Origin: Mustelus asterias
Lineage: Eukaryota
Length of the DNA stretch: 64,000 nucleotides
Assembly (NCBI RefSeq): GCF_964213995.1
Contig: NC_135808.1
Coordinates: 50,964,001-51,028,000 of the forward strand
Direction of reading: 5' to 3'
The translations under genes were made by a program, and so were the position numbers. This document shows, piece by piece, positions 11,576 through 23,790 of the stretch; positions within the stretch are counted from its first letter, which is position 1; each line of letters opens with the position of its first letter. The notes below the pieces were generated by a model. The model had not been told where the DNA came from. It worked only from the letters and a program-made list of their open reading frames with translations, and searched no databases.

Positions 11576-13571
11576 GCCCTGCTGATCATGGCCGCAGATG
11601 GTGACATTATCCAGGTACGGGAAGGTAGCCCGCAGCCCGTTCTGGTCCACCATTCGGTCCATTTCGCGCTGGAAGACCGAGACTCCGTTGGTGACGCCAA
11701 AGGGGACCCTGAGGAAGTGGTAGAGGCGGCCATCCGCCTCGAACGCCGTATATTGGCGGTCCTCCGGGCGGATAGGGAGCTGGTGGTACGCCGACTTCAA
11801 GTCAATGGTGGAGAACACCCGATATTGTGCAATCTGATTGACCATATCAGACATGCGGGGAAGGGGGTACGCGTCCAGCTGCGTATATCGATTAATGGTC
11901 TGACTGTAGTCAATGACCATTCTGTGTTTCGCCCCGGACTTAACGACTACCACTTGTGCTCTCCAGGGGCTGGTACTAGCTTCGATGATCCCTTCCCTGA
12001 GGAGCCGCTGGACTTCGGACCTGATAAAGGCCCTGTCTCCAGCACTATACCGCCTGCTCTTGGTGGCGATGGGCTTGCAGTCAGGAGTGAGATTCGCAAA
12101 CAGGGAGGGAGGGGCAATCTTAAGGGTCGAGAGACTGCAGGTGGTGCGCGGTGGGCAATTTAGACGCTGCTGATTGCAGACGGAGAGCGGGGGAAAAGGC
12201 CCATTATACTGCATAGTGACACTCTTCAGATGGGTCATGAAGTCGAGCCCCAGGAGTACAGAAGTGCAGAGGTGTGGTAGCACGAGGAGCCTGAAGTTAT
12301 CGTATACTGTGCCCCGCACCTTCAGGGTCACCCAGCAGCAGCCGAGGACCTTTATAGAGCGGGATTGTGACGCCATGGAGATCGTCTGCTGGACGGGCCG
12401 CACGGAAAAGGCGTATCAGCGCACCGTATCCGGGTGAATGGAGCTCTCCGTACTCCCACTGTCAAACAAACAATGCTCCCTGTGCCCGTTTACCTCAATG
12501 CCCATCATGGACTCGGCGAGACGATGAGCCTTCGTCTGGTCCAGGGTCACTGATGCCACTGTTGAATCCTGCAGAAAGCTGTAGGGAGTTGTAGCTGTAG
12601 GGGATGGCGGCCCCTGCTGGTCACTCATGGTAATTGTCGGCCAAAAGGACGACCCCCGCGAGTCGCCGACGGCCGATGACGTCATCCAAGATGGCGGCCC
12701 CCACGGGTTGCACGCAGCCAGGGGTGTCCAAGATGGCGGCCCCCGCGGGTCACACGTGGCGCTCGTGGATTTGGGAGCAGACTTACGGCAGGCCTTTCCG
12801 TAGTGCCTCTTCTTCCCACACGCGGAGCAGAATGACTCCCTCGCCGGGCAGTGTTGTCGGGGGTTCTTACCCAGGCCGCAGAAGTAACATTTCGGGCCTC
12901 CAGCGGTTGCAGCCGCGGTCAGGTCACTGGAGAGGCGTGGGGCGGCGTAGGGCTGTGGTCCTCCCAGTAGCGACGGCCGCGGTGTCCAGGATGCGCCCAT
13001 GTGGTCAGGTGAGTAGGATTCCAAAAATGTGGTACCCACAATTAACCACCCTATCGGCTGAGGTCTAACCAGTGCTTCGTGACAGAAGTTGGTCGTTACA
13101 AGGCAAGGGCCTTCAGTGACTACACAAACTAAATTTGTTCTGAACTCTATCTCCAGCTCGAATATCCTCCCACTGCTCTGACACTGATTTACCTTCAAGT
13201 CGCTGTTTCCTCTCCATTTTGGCAAATCCCAGTTTAGTGAAATTGGCCTTTTCCCAATTTAAAACTTTTACTTTTGATCGATCTTTCCCCTTTTCCGTAA
13301 CTACTCTAAATCTAACTATATTATGATCACTGTTACTCAAGTATCTCCCACTGATACACCTTCCAGGTGGGCAGATTCATTCTGTAAAACTGCCCAAAAC
13401 TGCCCCTTCTCTTGTTGGGATTGGTCCGTACTGGTTAAAATAGTTCCCGGGAATGGAATTTCAGAATTCTGCAACATCGAAACATTGACACTGATTTGAT
13501 CCCAGTTTATATTCAGGAAGTTGAAAACCCTGAAAATGGCAGTGATTAAAATTCCTTCTCTTCTCTTTCAG

Positions 13572-13900
13572 CCCGTGAGAATTCACAACCCACGCTGACC
13601 CTGCTGCCCCCCTCCCCGGAGGAGGTCAAGACCAAGGGCACTGCCACCCTGGTGTGCCTTGCCAATCACTTCTATCCCGATGAGGTGGAGGTGAAGTGGA
13701 AGAAGGACGGTGCAGCCATTTCCAACGGGATTCAGACCAGCAACTACCTGCGAGCTACAGACAACACCTACAGCGTCAGCAGCCTGCTGACCCTCTCTGG
13801 CTCCGACTGGGAGTCCAACGCCCGCTTCTCCTGTGCCCTCACCCACGTGAGCCTCTCCTCTCCCCTCAGCAAGAGCGTCAGGAGATCAGAATGTGCCTAG
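13572..13900 (+). CDS. IGKC: Immunoglobulin light-chain (kappa-type) constant exon, copy 1
   Basis: Polypyrimidine tract and AG acceptor at 13570-13571, phase 1; RENSQPTLTLLPPSPEEVKTKGTATLVCLANHFYPDEVEVKW...YSVSSLLTL...FSCALTH...RRSECA-stop. C1-set Cys/Trp/Cys and the penultimate inter-chain Cys are present. Confidence 0.95.
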
Positions 13901-14328
13901 AGTGTTAGAGACAGTCCACAGAGGAGACACAACTTGGAATAGAACAGGGGTGAGCTGGGAGGGCAAAGGTCACTGTCAGCACTGAATTACAACTCTCTTC
14001 TCGGGACTGGGTCTGAGACACTTCTGAGGGTCAGGGGTTAAAGCACATTATTGGTATAGTGTAGAGGGAGCTTTACTTTGTATTTAACCCTGTGCTGTTC
14101 CTGTCCTGGGAGTGTTTGATGGGGACAGTGCAGACTCGTGATAACAAGTATAACCTCTGGAAGATGCTGAAGAGTGTCAGCTGTACAATAATAATGTGAC
14201 CCTGTGAAGTGTCTGCTTCAGTAAACCAGACCTCCTTCCTGCTCACCCTGCAGTTACAATTGAAGCTTTAGTCACTGTTTAAAGGGACAGGATTCTCATG
14301 TTATTGAGAAAATCTCCACAAGTGTTTT

Positions 14329-14417
14329 AATAAACCTCCATTCTCCCTGTGAATTTCTCCAGCTTCCTCTGGCTGGGCTGTTTTTTCTGTCAATGTCAAT
14401 GTGTAAAAGGTAATAAA
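14329..14417 (+). terminator. Two candidate polyadenylation signals for C copy 1
   Basis: AATAAA at 14329-14334 and 14412-14417; both are retained in the paralogous arm. Confidence 0.65.
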
Positions 14418-15429
14418 CATTAAGAATATTCAGTTTCTGTCTGGTGAGTGCTTTGGAAATGTCCCACCTCCCCATCAGCTGATTGGCTGCATTTCACCAA
14501 GTGATTGTCCTGATTGGCTGCTTGGCCTGTCAATCAATGACACATCAGCAGAAGATTGGATTCAAAGCCAATGATCATTCATTTGAAAATGATCAGTTTG
14601 ATCTGGAATCTCTTGAGTGACAAGATTGAAAACAGAAAAGAAACTGAAAGTTGCTGGGATTAAACCATCACAATCACAATTCTCCACCCCGTATTCACCA
14701 CCTCCCCCTTGACCTTAACCATCTCACGTGGTCTCACTGCTCCCATAGTTTCAATCAGAGATAAGACCATCTCTGATCACTTCCTTGTATCACTCCCCAG
14801 CCACATCCTCCTTCCATACCCCAACCCTATCCCCCTTCTGTATCCATCCCTGCAATAATATATTCCCCAATTCACTTACAATCACACTTTCCAAATCCCA
14901 ACTATCTTAAACTTGATTTTACCTGAAGCCAGTTTATTCTCAGACCAGCTCAGCAGAGAGACAACCCCTTTGTTTCTCCACACCCAACTCTTCCAGCTGT
15001 GTCCATTGATCATTGAGCCAATGATCATCACTTGTCTTTATCAATCTAATTGCCAAAGGATGCAATTGCGAGCACATTGACAGAGGCTGGCATGGTGAAA
15101 GTGTCCGTTTGGAAATAGGGAGGGATGGAAGCACAGTGATAATGTCACAGGACTGTTAGCCCTGAGGCTTATTCTTAGGGATACAGAGTCAAATCCCATG
15201 ATGGCATTGGGAGGAATTGGAGTTCTTTTCCCACCAGGATATCGGTATTGGACAAGGCAATCTGCTGTAGTGCTCAAACTGCTGTGAAAGTGTAACATTT
15301 TCACCCCACTTTCTTTAAAGAGAACAGTTTCAAATTAATAAAACCATCATAGAATCTGTATAGATATATAGACACAATGACAAAGAAAAACATTTACTTT
15401 CTAACATCCCAATACCATTAGCAATTTCC

Positions 15430-15850
15430 TGGAACAGGCATGTTTATTTGTGAAGCAGTTTGATAATTAGTGACTTGTGTTAAGTCTTTGTATCTTGGAG
15501 ATCTCCCTTCTCTTGAACATTGTGTTTATGTTAGTGAAGTCTATTCTTAGCCTTTTTCAGCTGCATTATCTTGGAGAGGACATTATCCCACAGAGATCAA
15601 TCATCAACACAGCACACAATGGAGAAACCTTTCTCACTTTGCCTCTTGTGGAATATGTCTGTCAGTATATTGGAGAAATAAACCCACATATCTATTCCTT
15701 CAACCAACGCCAGGTTTTCAGCAATAAACTGTTTCTCACAAAACATTTTAATCTTCTTGGATTCTCAAACCAAAGTGCAACATTTAGTATTCTTTCCCAC
15801 CAAGAATCTGATGAACCCTGCGCTGCTCAAAAACCGACCCAGAAGATTGG
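15430..15850 (-). mobile_element. Decayed Ty1/copia-type pol, RNase H region
   Basis: Minus-strand translation across frameshifts gives VWESKKIK, LALVEGID and RLRIDFTNINTMFKRREISKI...LSNCFT, typical of copia RNase H. Confidence 0.65.
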
Positions 15851-16500
15851 CATTTGATTTGATTTGATTTGATTTATTATTGTCACATGTATTAACATAT
15901 AGTGAAAAGTGTTGTTTCTTGCGCGCTATACAGACCAATCAAACCGTTCATAGAGAAGGAAATGAGAGAGTGCAGAATGTAATGTTACAGTCATAGCTAG
16001 GGTGCAGAGAAAGATCTACTTAATGCAAGGTAAGTCCATTCAAAAGTCTGACAGCAGCAGGGAAGAAACTATTCTTGAGTCAGTTGCTACGTGACCTCAG
16101 CCTTTTGTATCTTTTTCCCAAAGGAAGGTGGAGGAGAGAATGTCCGGGTGCGTGGGGTCCTTAATTATGCTGGCTGTTTTGCTGAGGCAGCGGGAATTTG
16201 GCCACACAGTCATAGGTGCATACGGAGTGTAATAGGCGGCTGAGAACACAGCTTTGTGGGGCACCGGTGTTGAGGATGATTGTGGAGGTGGTGTTGTTGC
16301 CTATCCTTACTGATTGTGGTCTGTGAGTTGGGAAGTTCAGGATCCAGTCGCAGAGGAAGGTGCCGAGGCCCAGACCACAGAGTTTGGAGATGAGTTTCGT
16401 GGGAACAATAGTGTTGAAGGCTGAGCTGTAGTCAATAAATAGGAGTCTGACATAGGTGTCCTTGTTATCTAGGTGTTCCAGGGTTGAGTGCAGGGCCAGT
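15851..16500 (-). mobile_element. Rex1/Babar-like LINE fragment
   Basis: [25 protein letters not shown]...CDWILNF...[14 protein letters not shown] segment; (CAAAT)n tail at about 15851-15876. Confidence 0.8.
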
Positions 16501-16579
16501 GTGACATGAGTCAGTGTGACATGACAGTGTGACAGAGTGGCATGTGAAGCATCACATAGTACATTACATAGTAACATTG

Positions 16580-17900
16580 AAAATAGGAGGAGGAGGAGGC
16601 CATTCGGCCCTTCGAGCCTGCTTATGATGAAGGCTGATCATCCAACTCAACAGCTTTCCTCGTATATCCTCTGCCTCAAGTGCTTTATCTAACTGAACAA
16701 AGAACAAAGAAAAGTACAGCACAGGAACAGGCCCTTCGGCCCAACAAGCCTGCGCCGATCACGTTGTCCTACCTAGACCAACCGTCTGTATCCCATTATA
16801 CCCCGCTTGTTCATGTGTCTATCTAGGAAAGTCTTAAATGTCGCTAACGTAATCGCCTCAACCACCTCACTTGGCAGCGCATTCCAGGCCCCCACCACCC
16901 TCTGTGTAAAAAACTTCCCCTGCACATCTCTACTGAACCTTCCCCCCCTGACCTTGAACTTGTGCCCCTTGTAATTGTCATTTCTGCCCTGGGAAAAAGC
17001 TTCCAACTGTCACCTTATCTATGCCCCTCATTATTTGATAAACAGTGTCGTCTTTCCCGGGAGAACAATCCCAGTTTATTCAATCTCTCTTCACAGCTAA
17101 TGCCCCCCCAAATCAAGTAACATCCTGGTAAACGTTTTCTGTACTCCCTTCAAAGCCACCACATCCTTCTGGTATTGTGGCGACCAGAATTGGACACAGT
17201 ATTCCAAATATGGCCGAATTAACATTTTATATAACGAACATAATTTGCCAACTTTTATCCTCGATGCCCCAGCCGATGAAGGCAAGCACGTCATATGCTT
17301 TCTTCATCAGCTTTTCCACCTGTGCTGCCACTTTTAAGGATCTGTGGACCTGTCCTCCCAGATCTCTCTGTGTGTCTCTGCTCCTGATGGTTCTGCCATT
17401 TATTTTATAGCTCCCACCTGAAATGCATCTACCAAAATGCATCACCTTGCATTTGTCTGGATTAAATTCTACCTGTCAATTCTCCACCCAATTTTCCAGC
17501 CTATCTGTATCCTGCTGTATTCTCTGACAACCTTCATCACTATTCGCAACTCCAGCAATCTTAGTATCATCCGCAAACTTGTTAATCAGACCAACTACAT
17601 GTTCTTCCAAGTCATTTGTATACATTACAAACAATAGTGGTCCCAGCACTAATCCCTGTTCAAGACCACCAGTAAGAGTTTTAACAACACCAGGTTAACA
17701 CCAGTTACAGACTGCTTCTGGAAAGCATACAATGTTTTGGCCTCAACTGCTTTCTGTGGTAGCAAATTCCACAGGCTGACCACGCTCTGGGTGAAGAATT
17801 TTCTCCTCATCTCTGTGCTAAACTCTTCATCCTTGATCCTCAGACTGTGAGCTCTGGTTCTGGACATCCCCACCATCGGGTATATCCTTCCTGCATCTTA
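16580..17900 (-). mobile_element. Cluster of CR1 LINE 3' fragments
   Basis: EYCVQFWSP and FFTQRVV motifs, GGCCCTTCGGCCC 3' stem-loop and (GTTCTTT)n tail near 16695. Confidence 0.85.
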
Positions 17901-17989
17901 CCAATCTCATCTCATCTGGTTCACCCAGGGCTGGGAACTTGAGTGTGCATTTCTCCAAGTTTAGTTCCTTCAATGTTTTGTTTGCTCTC

Positions 17990-19300
17990 AGAGCTTCCCC
18001 TCTCTCCTACCATGCTTCATCATGTACTCTGCTCCAACACCTCACAACTGGCATCAGGTCTGGTCTGAGTACACAACCAGGTCAACTGTCCAATCAAACT
18101 TCTCCAAGGATCCGTTTCTTCCTTGGACACTGGATCCTCTTTTTGTGAGGATCTGACCCGATTTATTGGATGGGATTAACATTTCCCAAATGATTGTCGG
18201 TTCAATGTCACACCTGACTTCTTTTGCTTCATGTTTTAACCGATGTGTTTAAAAGCTCCTGAAGCCTGGCTTCCAACCTGGAATTCCTTCTTGATTTCAT
18301 TGATCATCCATTGATCAAATTCAACAAAACCTCCCCACAGAAAATCACCCACATTCATGATAAAGATTCCTGCTGCTCTCTCCTTGTGACACCAATAGAA
18401 CATCGCAGAGTCTGCTTTCATCTGGAAACAACCCATTTTCAACAGGGCCGACCTCAGAGAGAAATCCCCTGTTCATAATGCATCAAATCAATCCATAAAC
18501 ACCTGTTTAATTTCACAATTTTCCTTCGAGATCACAGGCTTCTTTAGATGCTTCAAAATATTTCCCTTTGAAATTTCCCACCCTACAAAAATGCCGCATT
18601 TATATCTTAGAATCCCTACAGTGCAGAAAGAGGCCATTCAGCCCATTGAGTCTACACTGACTCTCGAAAGAGCATCTTGCCCAGGCCCGCCACCAACACT
18701 ATCCCCATAATCCCACACATTTACACTGGCTAATCCACCAAACCTGCACATCTTGCAACGCTAAGGGGCAATTTAACACGGCCAATGCATCTATCCTGCA
18801 CATCTTTGGACTGTGGGAGGAAACCGGAGCACCCAGAGGAAACCCACACAGACACGGGAGAACGGGCAAATTCCACCCAGACAGTGACCCAAGGCCAGAA
18901 TGGAATCTGGGTCCCTGGCGCTATGAGGCAGCAGTGCTAACCACTGTGCCAAAGTGCAATATCAATCTGCACTTCCAGAAGTAAGTCACTAAAGTGACTA
19001 AAAATATCTTCAATCTTTCGTTCCCTGCAGTGGGGGATTCCACCCTGAGAATTTGATCCCCAAATCTCTCCTCAAATTCCTGAGTTCCCAGTCTAGTTTT
19101 AGCAATGGAAGTGTTGTTAGGGAGAGATGTTTCTGTACATATCCACTGTGAGTCCAGTCTGGCTGTTCCCTATCTTGTATTTCAGTGTGAACTCCAAACT
19201 CTCTCCAACTCCTTATGTTTTGCGTCCTTTAACAACGTATCTTCCAATTGATTAGCAACTATTAAAACCTTTCTATCATGAAGGCTTCTACTTCGAGTGA
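17990..19300 (-). mobile_element. Decayed Ty1/copia-type reverse transcriptase region (split by a SINE)
   Basis: KTRLGTQEFEE...VESPTAG...LKIFLV (about 18980-19105) and ADSAMFYW...GIFIMNVGDFLWGG (18236-18442); same strand and correct order relative to the RNase H remnant. Confidence 0.65.
18610..18951 (-). mobile_element. tRNA-derived SINE, HE1/V-SINE-like
   Basis: Minus strand GGCACAGTGGTTAGCACTGCTGCCTCA...GGGTGCTCCGGTTTCCTCCCACAGTCCAAAGATGTGCAG with a CR1-like tail. Confidence 0.85.
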
Positions 19301-19549
19301 CATTCCTACCTTGTTCCACAGTTCCTTTTCTTATCATGCTCTGACCTCAACTCTCCTCCTGTCTCTATCTGGACTGCTGTAAAATCATCTCTCCCACAGG
19401 TGACCAGATTCCTGATTCCACATCCATGATCTTTTCCTGGGATCACAACCTCTTTCCGATTCACTGTCAGAACTTACTGTGTGCTTCCTGGCCTTTCCCA
19501 TCCTGACCTCATTATTCACTGCCCTGATTTCCTGACCTTCCCTTTTTTA

Positions 19550-20705
19550 TCCATTTTATGGGATGTGGGGTCACTGGCTTGGCCAACATTTATTACCCAT
19601 CCCTGTTTGCTGATGAGCTGCCTTCTTGAACCGCTGCAGTCCATGAGGTGTAGGTACATCCACAGAGCTGTTAGGGAGGGAGTTCGAGGATTTTGACCCA
19701 GTGACAGTGAAGAAAGGGCGATATATTTCCAAGTCAGGATGGTGAATGAGTTGGTGGGGAATCTCCAGGTGATGGTGTCCCAGGTGTCTGCTGTCCTTGT
19801 CCTTCTAGGTGGTAGTGCTTGTGTGTTTGGAAGGTGCTGTCGAAGGAGACTTGGTGAGTTCCTGCACTGTATCTTGTAGATGGTATACATGGCTGACATT
19901 GTCCATCGGTGGGTAAGGGATTGAATGTTTGTGGAAGAGATGACCATCAAGCGGGCTGCTTTGTCCTGAATGGTGTCTGGCTTCTTGAATGTTGTTGGAG
20001 CTGCACCCATCCAGGCAAGTGGGGAGTATTCCATCACATTCCTGACTTGTGCCTTGTAGATGGCGGACAGGCCTTCGGGGTCAGGAAGTGAGTCACTTGC
20101 CGCAGGATTCCTAACCTCTGACCTGTTCTTGTAGCCACAGTTTTTCTCTGGCTCACCCAGTTCAGTGTCTGGTCAATGGTAATCCCCAGGGTTTTGATAG
20201 TGGGGATTCAGTGATGGTAATGCCCATTGAATGTCAGGGGCAATGGTTCGAGTGTCTCTTATTGGTGATGGTCATTGCCTGGCATTTGTGTCGCATGAAT
20301 ATGACTTGCCATTTGCCAGCTCAAATCTGGACATTGTTCAGGTCTTGCTGCATTCAGATAGGAACTGCTTCAGTATCTGAGGAATCCTGAATAGTGCTGA
20401 ACATTGTGCAGTCATCAGTGAACATCCCCACTTCTGACCTTATGATGGAGGGAAGGTCATTGATGAAGCAGCTGAAGATGGTTGGGCCGAGGACACTATC
20501 CTGAGGAACTCCTGCAGTGATGTCCTGGAGCTGAGATAACTGACCTCCAACCACCACAACATCTATGTTTGTGCTGAGTGTGACTCCAATCAGCGGAGGG
20601 TTCCCCTGATTCCCATTGACTAAAGTTTTGCTACAGCTCCTTGATGCCACACTCGGTGAAATGATGCCTTGATGTCAAGGGCAGTCACGCTCACCTCCCC
20701 TCTGG
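19550..20705 (-). mobile_element. L2/Crack-like LINE (CR1 group), 3' portion
   Basis: ALDIKA, AGVPQDSVLGPTIFSCFINDLP and MEYSPLAWMGAAPTT motifs; same family as 51520-53600. Confidence 0.8.
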
Positions 20706-22232
20706 GTCTGGGAAAAGGTATCCGTGAAAAGGGATTCTTTTTAGATTCTTTTAGATTGAATCTTGTTGTGACAACAGAGGGGCTTTGAGGTCAGCCCTCA
20801 ATCTTCACTTTCCCCTGGAGTCCCCCTGAATGTTTCACCATCTGGTGATGGTGAGAGAGCAGCCGTTCCCATCAGGGATTGTTCCTGAGGGACAGGATCA
20901 GGAGACACAGGAGGGAGGGATTGTTCCTGAGTGTTAGCAGGCTTTTTGCGAGGTGACCACAAAACTTCATGAAGCTGATGTCACAGTTAAAGATGTATCT
21001 TTATTTTAACCGGCGATCATTGGAAGATATCACCGAAGGTTCCCAGCTCCTCAGTGATTGAGCAGCCGGACCCCTCTGATGATAATATGACAATTACAGC
21101 TTGAAACAGAACAATTATTAACTTTCTTATCAGATCTATCCGCCCTTCACTAGCTTAGCATCAATCATCTTCAGTATACACCAATCAACAATAATACCTG
21201 CCATATACCGCAGCCAATTGCAGAATATCACCTGAATAATGGTATTTCATTAGTCCGTTTATTCCGGATGTCCTACCTTTCTTGACCAGATTAATTGGCA
21301 ACCTCAGATGCTAATCCTAAAGTTCAAAAGTGAACATTCTCACAGACAAAAAGGTTGCTGCGAGGTTAGATGAACACATGATGCCGCGTCCAGACATACA
21401 TCCTGCTGGACTAGATAGCGAATGATTCATTACAGCTGCTCTAAGTGTTCCTCCATGGAAACTTGTTGATGAAACTTATTCAACCCAAAGTCTAAACTTT
21501 CCCTCAGTTCTAATGACTTTTACCATCATCCTTTGCGGAGATCTGCTCTTTGACTGAAGCAAACAGGGTTCCTTTTAAAATACATTTATAAAATACATTT
21601 CAAAATATCAACATCTATGTCTTTGATACCTCAATCACTTGTCGAATTACCTTCTGTATCTCATGTATATGTAAACTGTGGGGTTTTCCAACAAGGTGGC
21701 AATTAGACTCAGGAAACCAATGTCACAGGACAAAGGTAAAACTTTATTAAAAACCAGTGATCAATGGGAGAAGTTATCTCGATGGTCACAGATACAGAAT
21801 ACCCAGAATGCTCAGACCAGTTCTGACACTATCAGTAAAAACAGAACTGTTATACATTTTCTTAATCTGATTCTCTGCCTTACATTTGTTTAAAATTAAT
21901 TCCATTTAATGTCCATATGTCAACATAAATCATTGTCAAATACCTCAGCCAACTGCTTAGTACTTTCCAACATGATGGTTTCTCATTCGTCTATTACAAA
22001 CCGGGTGTTACTCCCTTCTTGGCTAAAGATATTTCCCTGTTGCCTGGATACGGTAGATGCTACTGTAAGGCTCAAAGTGGAGATTCCTACCAGCTCACTG
22101 CCAAGCTGAATAGACATGTGTTGCTGCATCCAGGGTCATGTCTATTCTATGCCTGGGCTGTGAATTGACCGATTCATTATGTTGCACAATGTGTTCCCTC
22201 ATCGGGATCTCCCAGATATGAGTTTGCAAACT

Positions 22233-23350
22233 CATAAGAACATAAGAACATAAGAAATAGGAGCAGGAGTAGGCCATCTGGCCCTTCGAGCCTGCCCCGC
22301 CATTCAACAAGATCATGGCTGATCTGAAGCGAATCAGTTCCACTTACCCGCCTGCTCCCCATATCTCCTAATTCCCTCATCGATCAGAAAACTATCTACC
22401 CGTGATTTAAACATATTCAACGAGGAAGCCTCCACCACTTCAATGGGCAGAGAATTCCAGAGATTCACTACCCTCTGAGAGAAGAAGTTCCCCCTCAACT
22501 CTGTTCTGAACCGGCCCCCCCTTATTTTGAGGCTGTGCCCTCTAGTTCTGGTTTCCCTTCTAAGTGGAAAGAATCTCTCCACCTCTACCCTATCCAGCCC
22601 CTTCATTATCTTATATGTCTCTATAAGATCACCCCTCATCCTTCTAAACTCCAACGAGTACAGACCCAATCTGTTTAATCTCTCCTCATAAGCTACACCC
22701 CTCATCTCCGGTATCAACCTGGTGAACCTTCTCTGCACTCCCTCCAAGGCCAATATATCCTTTCGCAAATAAGGGGACCAAAACTGCACACAGTAGTCCA
22801 GTTGCGGCCTCACCAGTGCCTTGTACAGTTGCAGCAAGACCTCCCTGCTTTTATATTCTATCCCCCTCGCAATGAAGGCCAACATTCCATTCGCCTTCTT
22901 GATCACCTGCTGCACCTGCAGACTGAGTTTTTGCGATTCGTGCACAAGGACCCCCAGGTCCCTCTGCACAGTCGCACGATGTAATTTTTCTCCATTTAAA
23001 TAATATTCCAATTTACTATTATTTCTTCCAAAGTGGATAACCTCACATTTGCTAACGTTATATTCCATCTGCCAGATCCTCGCCCACTCGCTCAGCCTAT
23101 CCAAATCTCTCTGCAGACTTTCCGCGTCCTCCACGCAATTCGCTTTCCCACTCACCTTCGTGTCATCAGCAAACTTGAATACCCGAGATTCAGTCCCCTC
23201 CTCCAGGTCATCTATGTAAATGGTAAACAATTGAGGCCCCAGCACCGATCCCTGCGGCACGCCACTGGTCACCAACTGCCAACCAGAAAAGCACCCATTT
23301 TTCCCAACTTTCTGCTTCCTGTTAGATAGCCAATCCCCAATCCACGCCAA
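22233..23350 (-). mobile_element. Young 5'-truncated CR1 LINE
   Basis: Uninterrupted RT C-terminal ORF (22334-23350) and (TTCTTATG)n tail. Confidence 0.93.
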
Positions 23351-23747
23351 CATGGGTTCCCAGGCCTTTGGCTCAAAACATTTTACTTTTCCCATCACGC
23401 CTTTCGGTACCGTGCATTGGCCAAAGTGTACAATCACAGTAAAATACTTGAAATACATTTAGAATATCAACTTCTATATCCTAAAATCATAGTTGTTTTA
23501 ATTCTCTTACTGCGCTCACATGTGGGTAAGTTATCATTTAACTCCTTACTGTTCGCTCTGCCAGTGCTTGTACTCTCTCTAAAAATGAAGAGAAATGTAA
23601 AATAATCCCTTTCATCTCCCCATGGGGCTTGGTCTCAGATTTTACTTCATATGGTTCTTGTGAAGCACGTTAATACAAGTTGTTGTTGTATTATATTGAC
23701 AGTTTTGTGTGTGATGCCTCCCATGTTTGATGAACTGGGAATTTTGC

Positions 23748-23790
23748 ATGTGTGTGTGTTCGTGTGTGTGTGTGTGTGTGTGTTTGTGTG
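23748..23790. repeat. (TG)n microsatellite
   Basis: Directly visible. Confidence 0.9.

Larger units (their letters stand above)
3566..13020 (-). mobile_element. Ty3/gypsy LTR retrotransposon A (5'-truncated in gag), interrupted by a CR1 (5134-6300) and gypsy B1 (6917-11575)
   Basis: Collinear minus-strand pieces: CCHC knuckles and LFDSGST protease (12416-13020), RT (11576-12403, 6621-6916), RNase H (6303-6564), HHCC/DDE integrase (3937-5055), PPT and 3' LTR. Confidence 0.9.
13133..15007 (+). repeat. Arm 1 of an inverted paralogous segment containing the Ig C exon (partner 24838-26768)
   Basis: Reverse-complement alignment by eye from an old CR1 endonuclease remnant through the C exon, 3' UTR and downstream flank. 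Confidence 0.9.

Noticed and set aside
20830-20940. CSLTITR and LLI-like words suggesting a V pseudogene
   Set aside because: No conserved Cys, WYQQ or YYC spacing and no RSS.
21020-21060. ACCTTCGGT on the minus strand as a possible extra J segment
   Set aside because: No FGxG (reads FGDIFQ-stop), no RSS and no splice donor.
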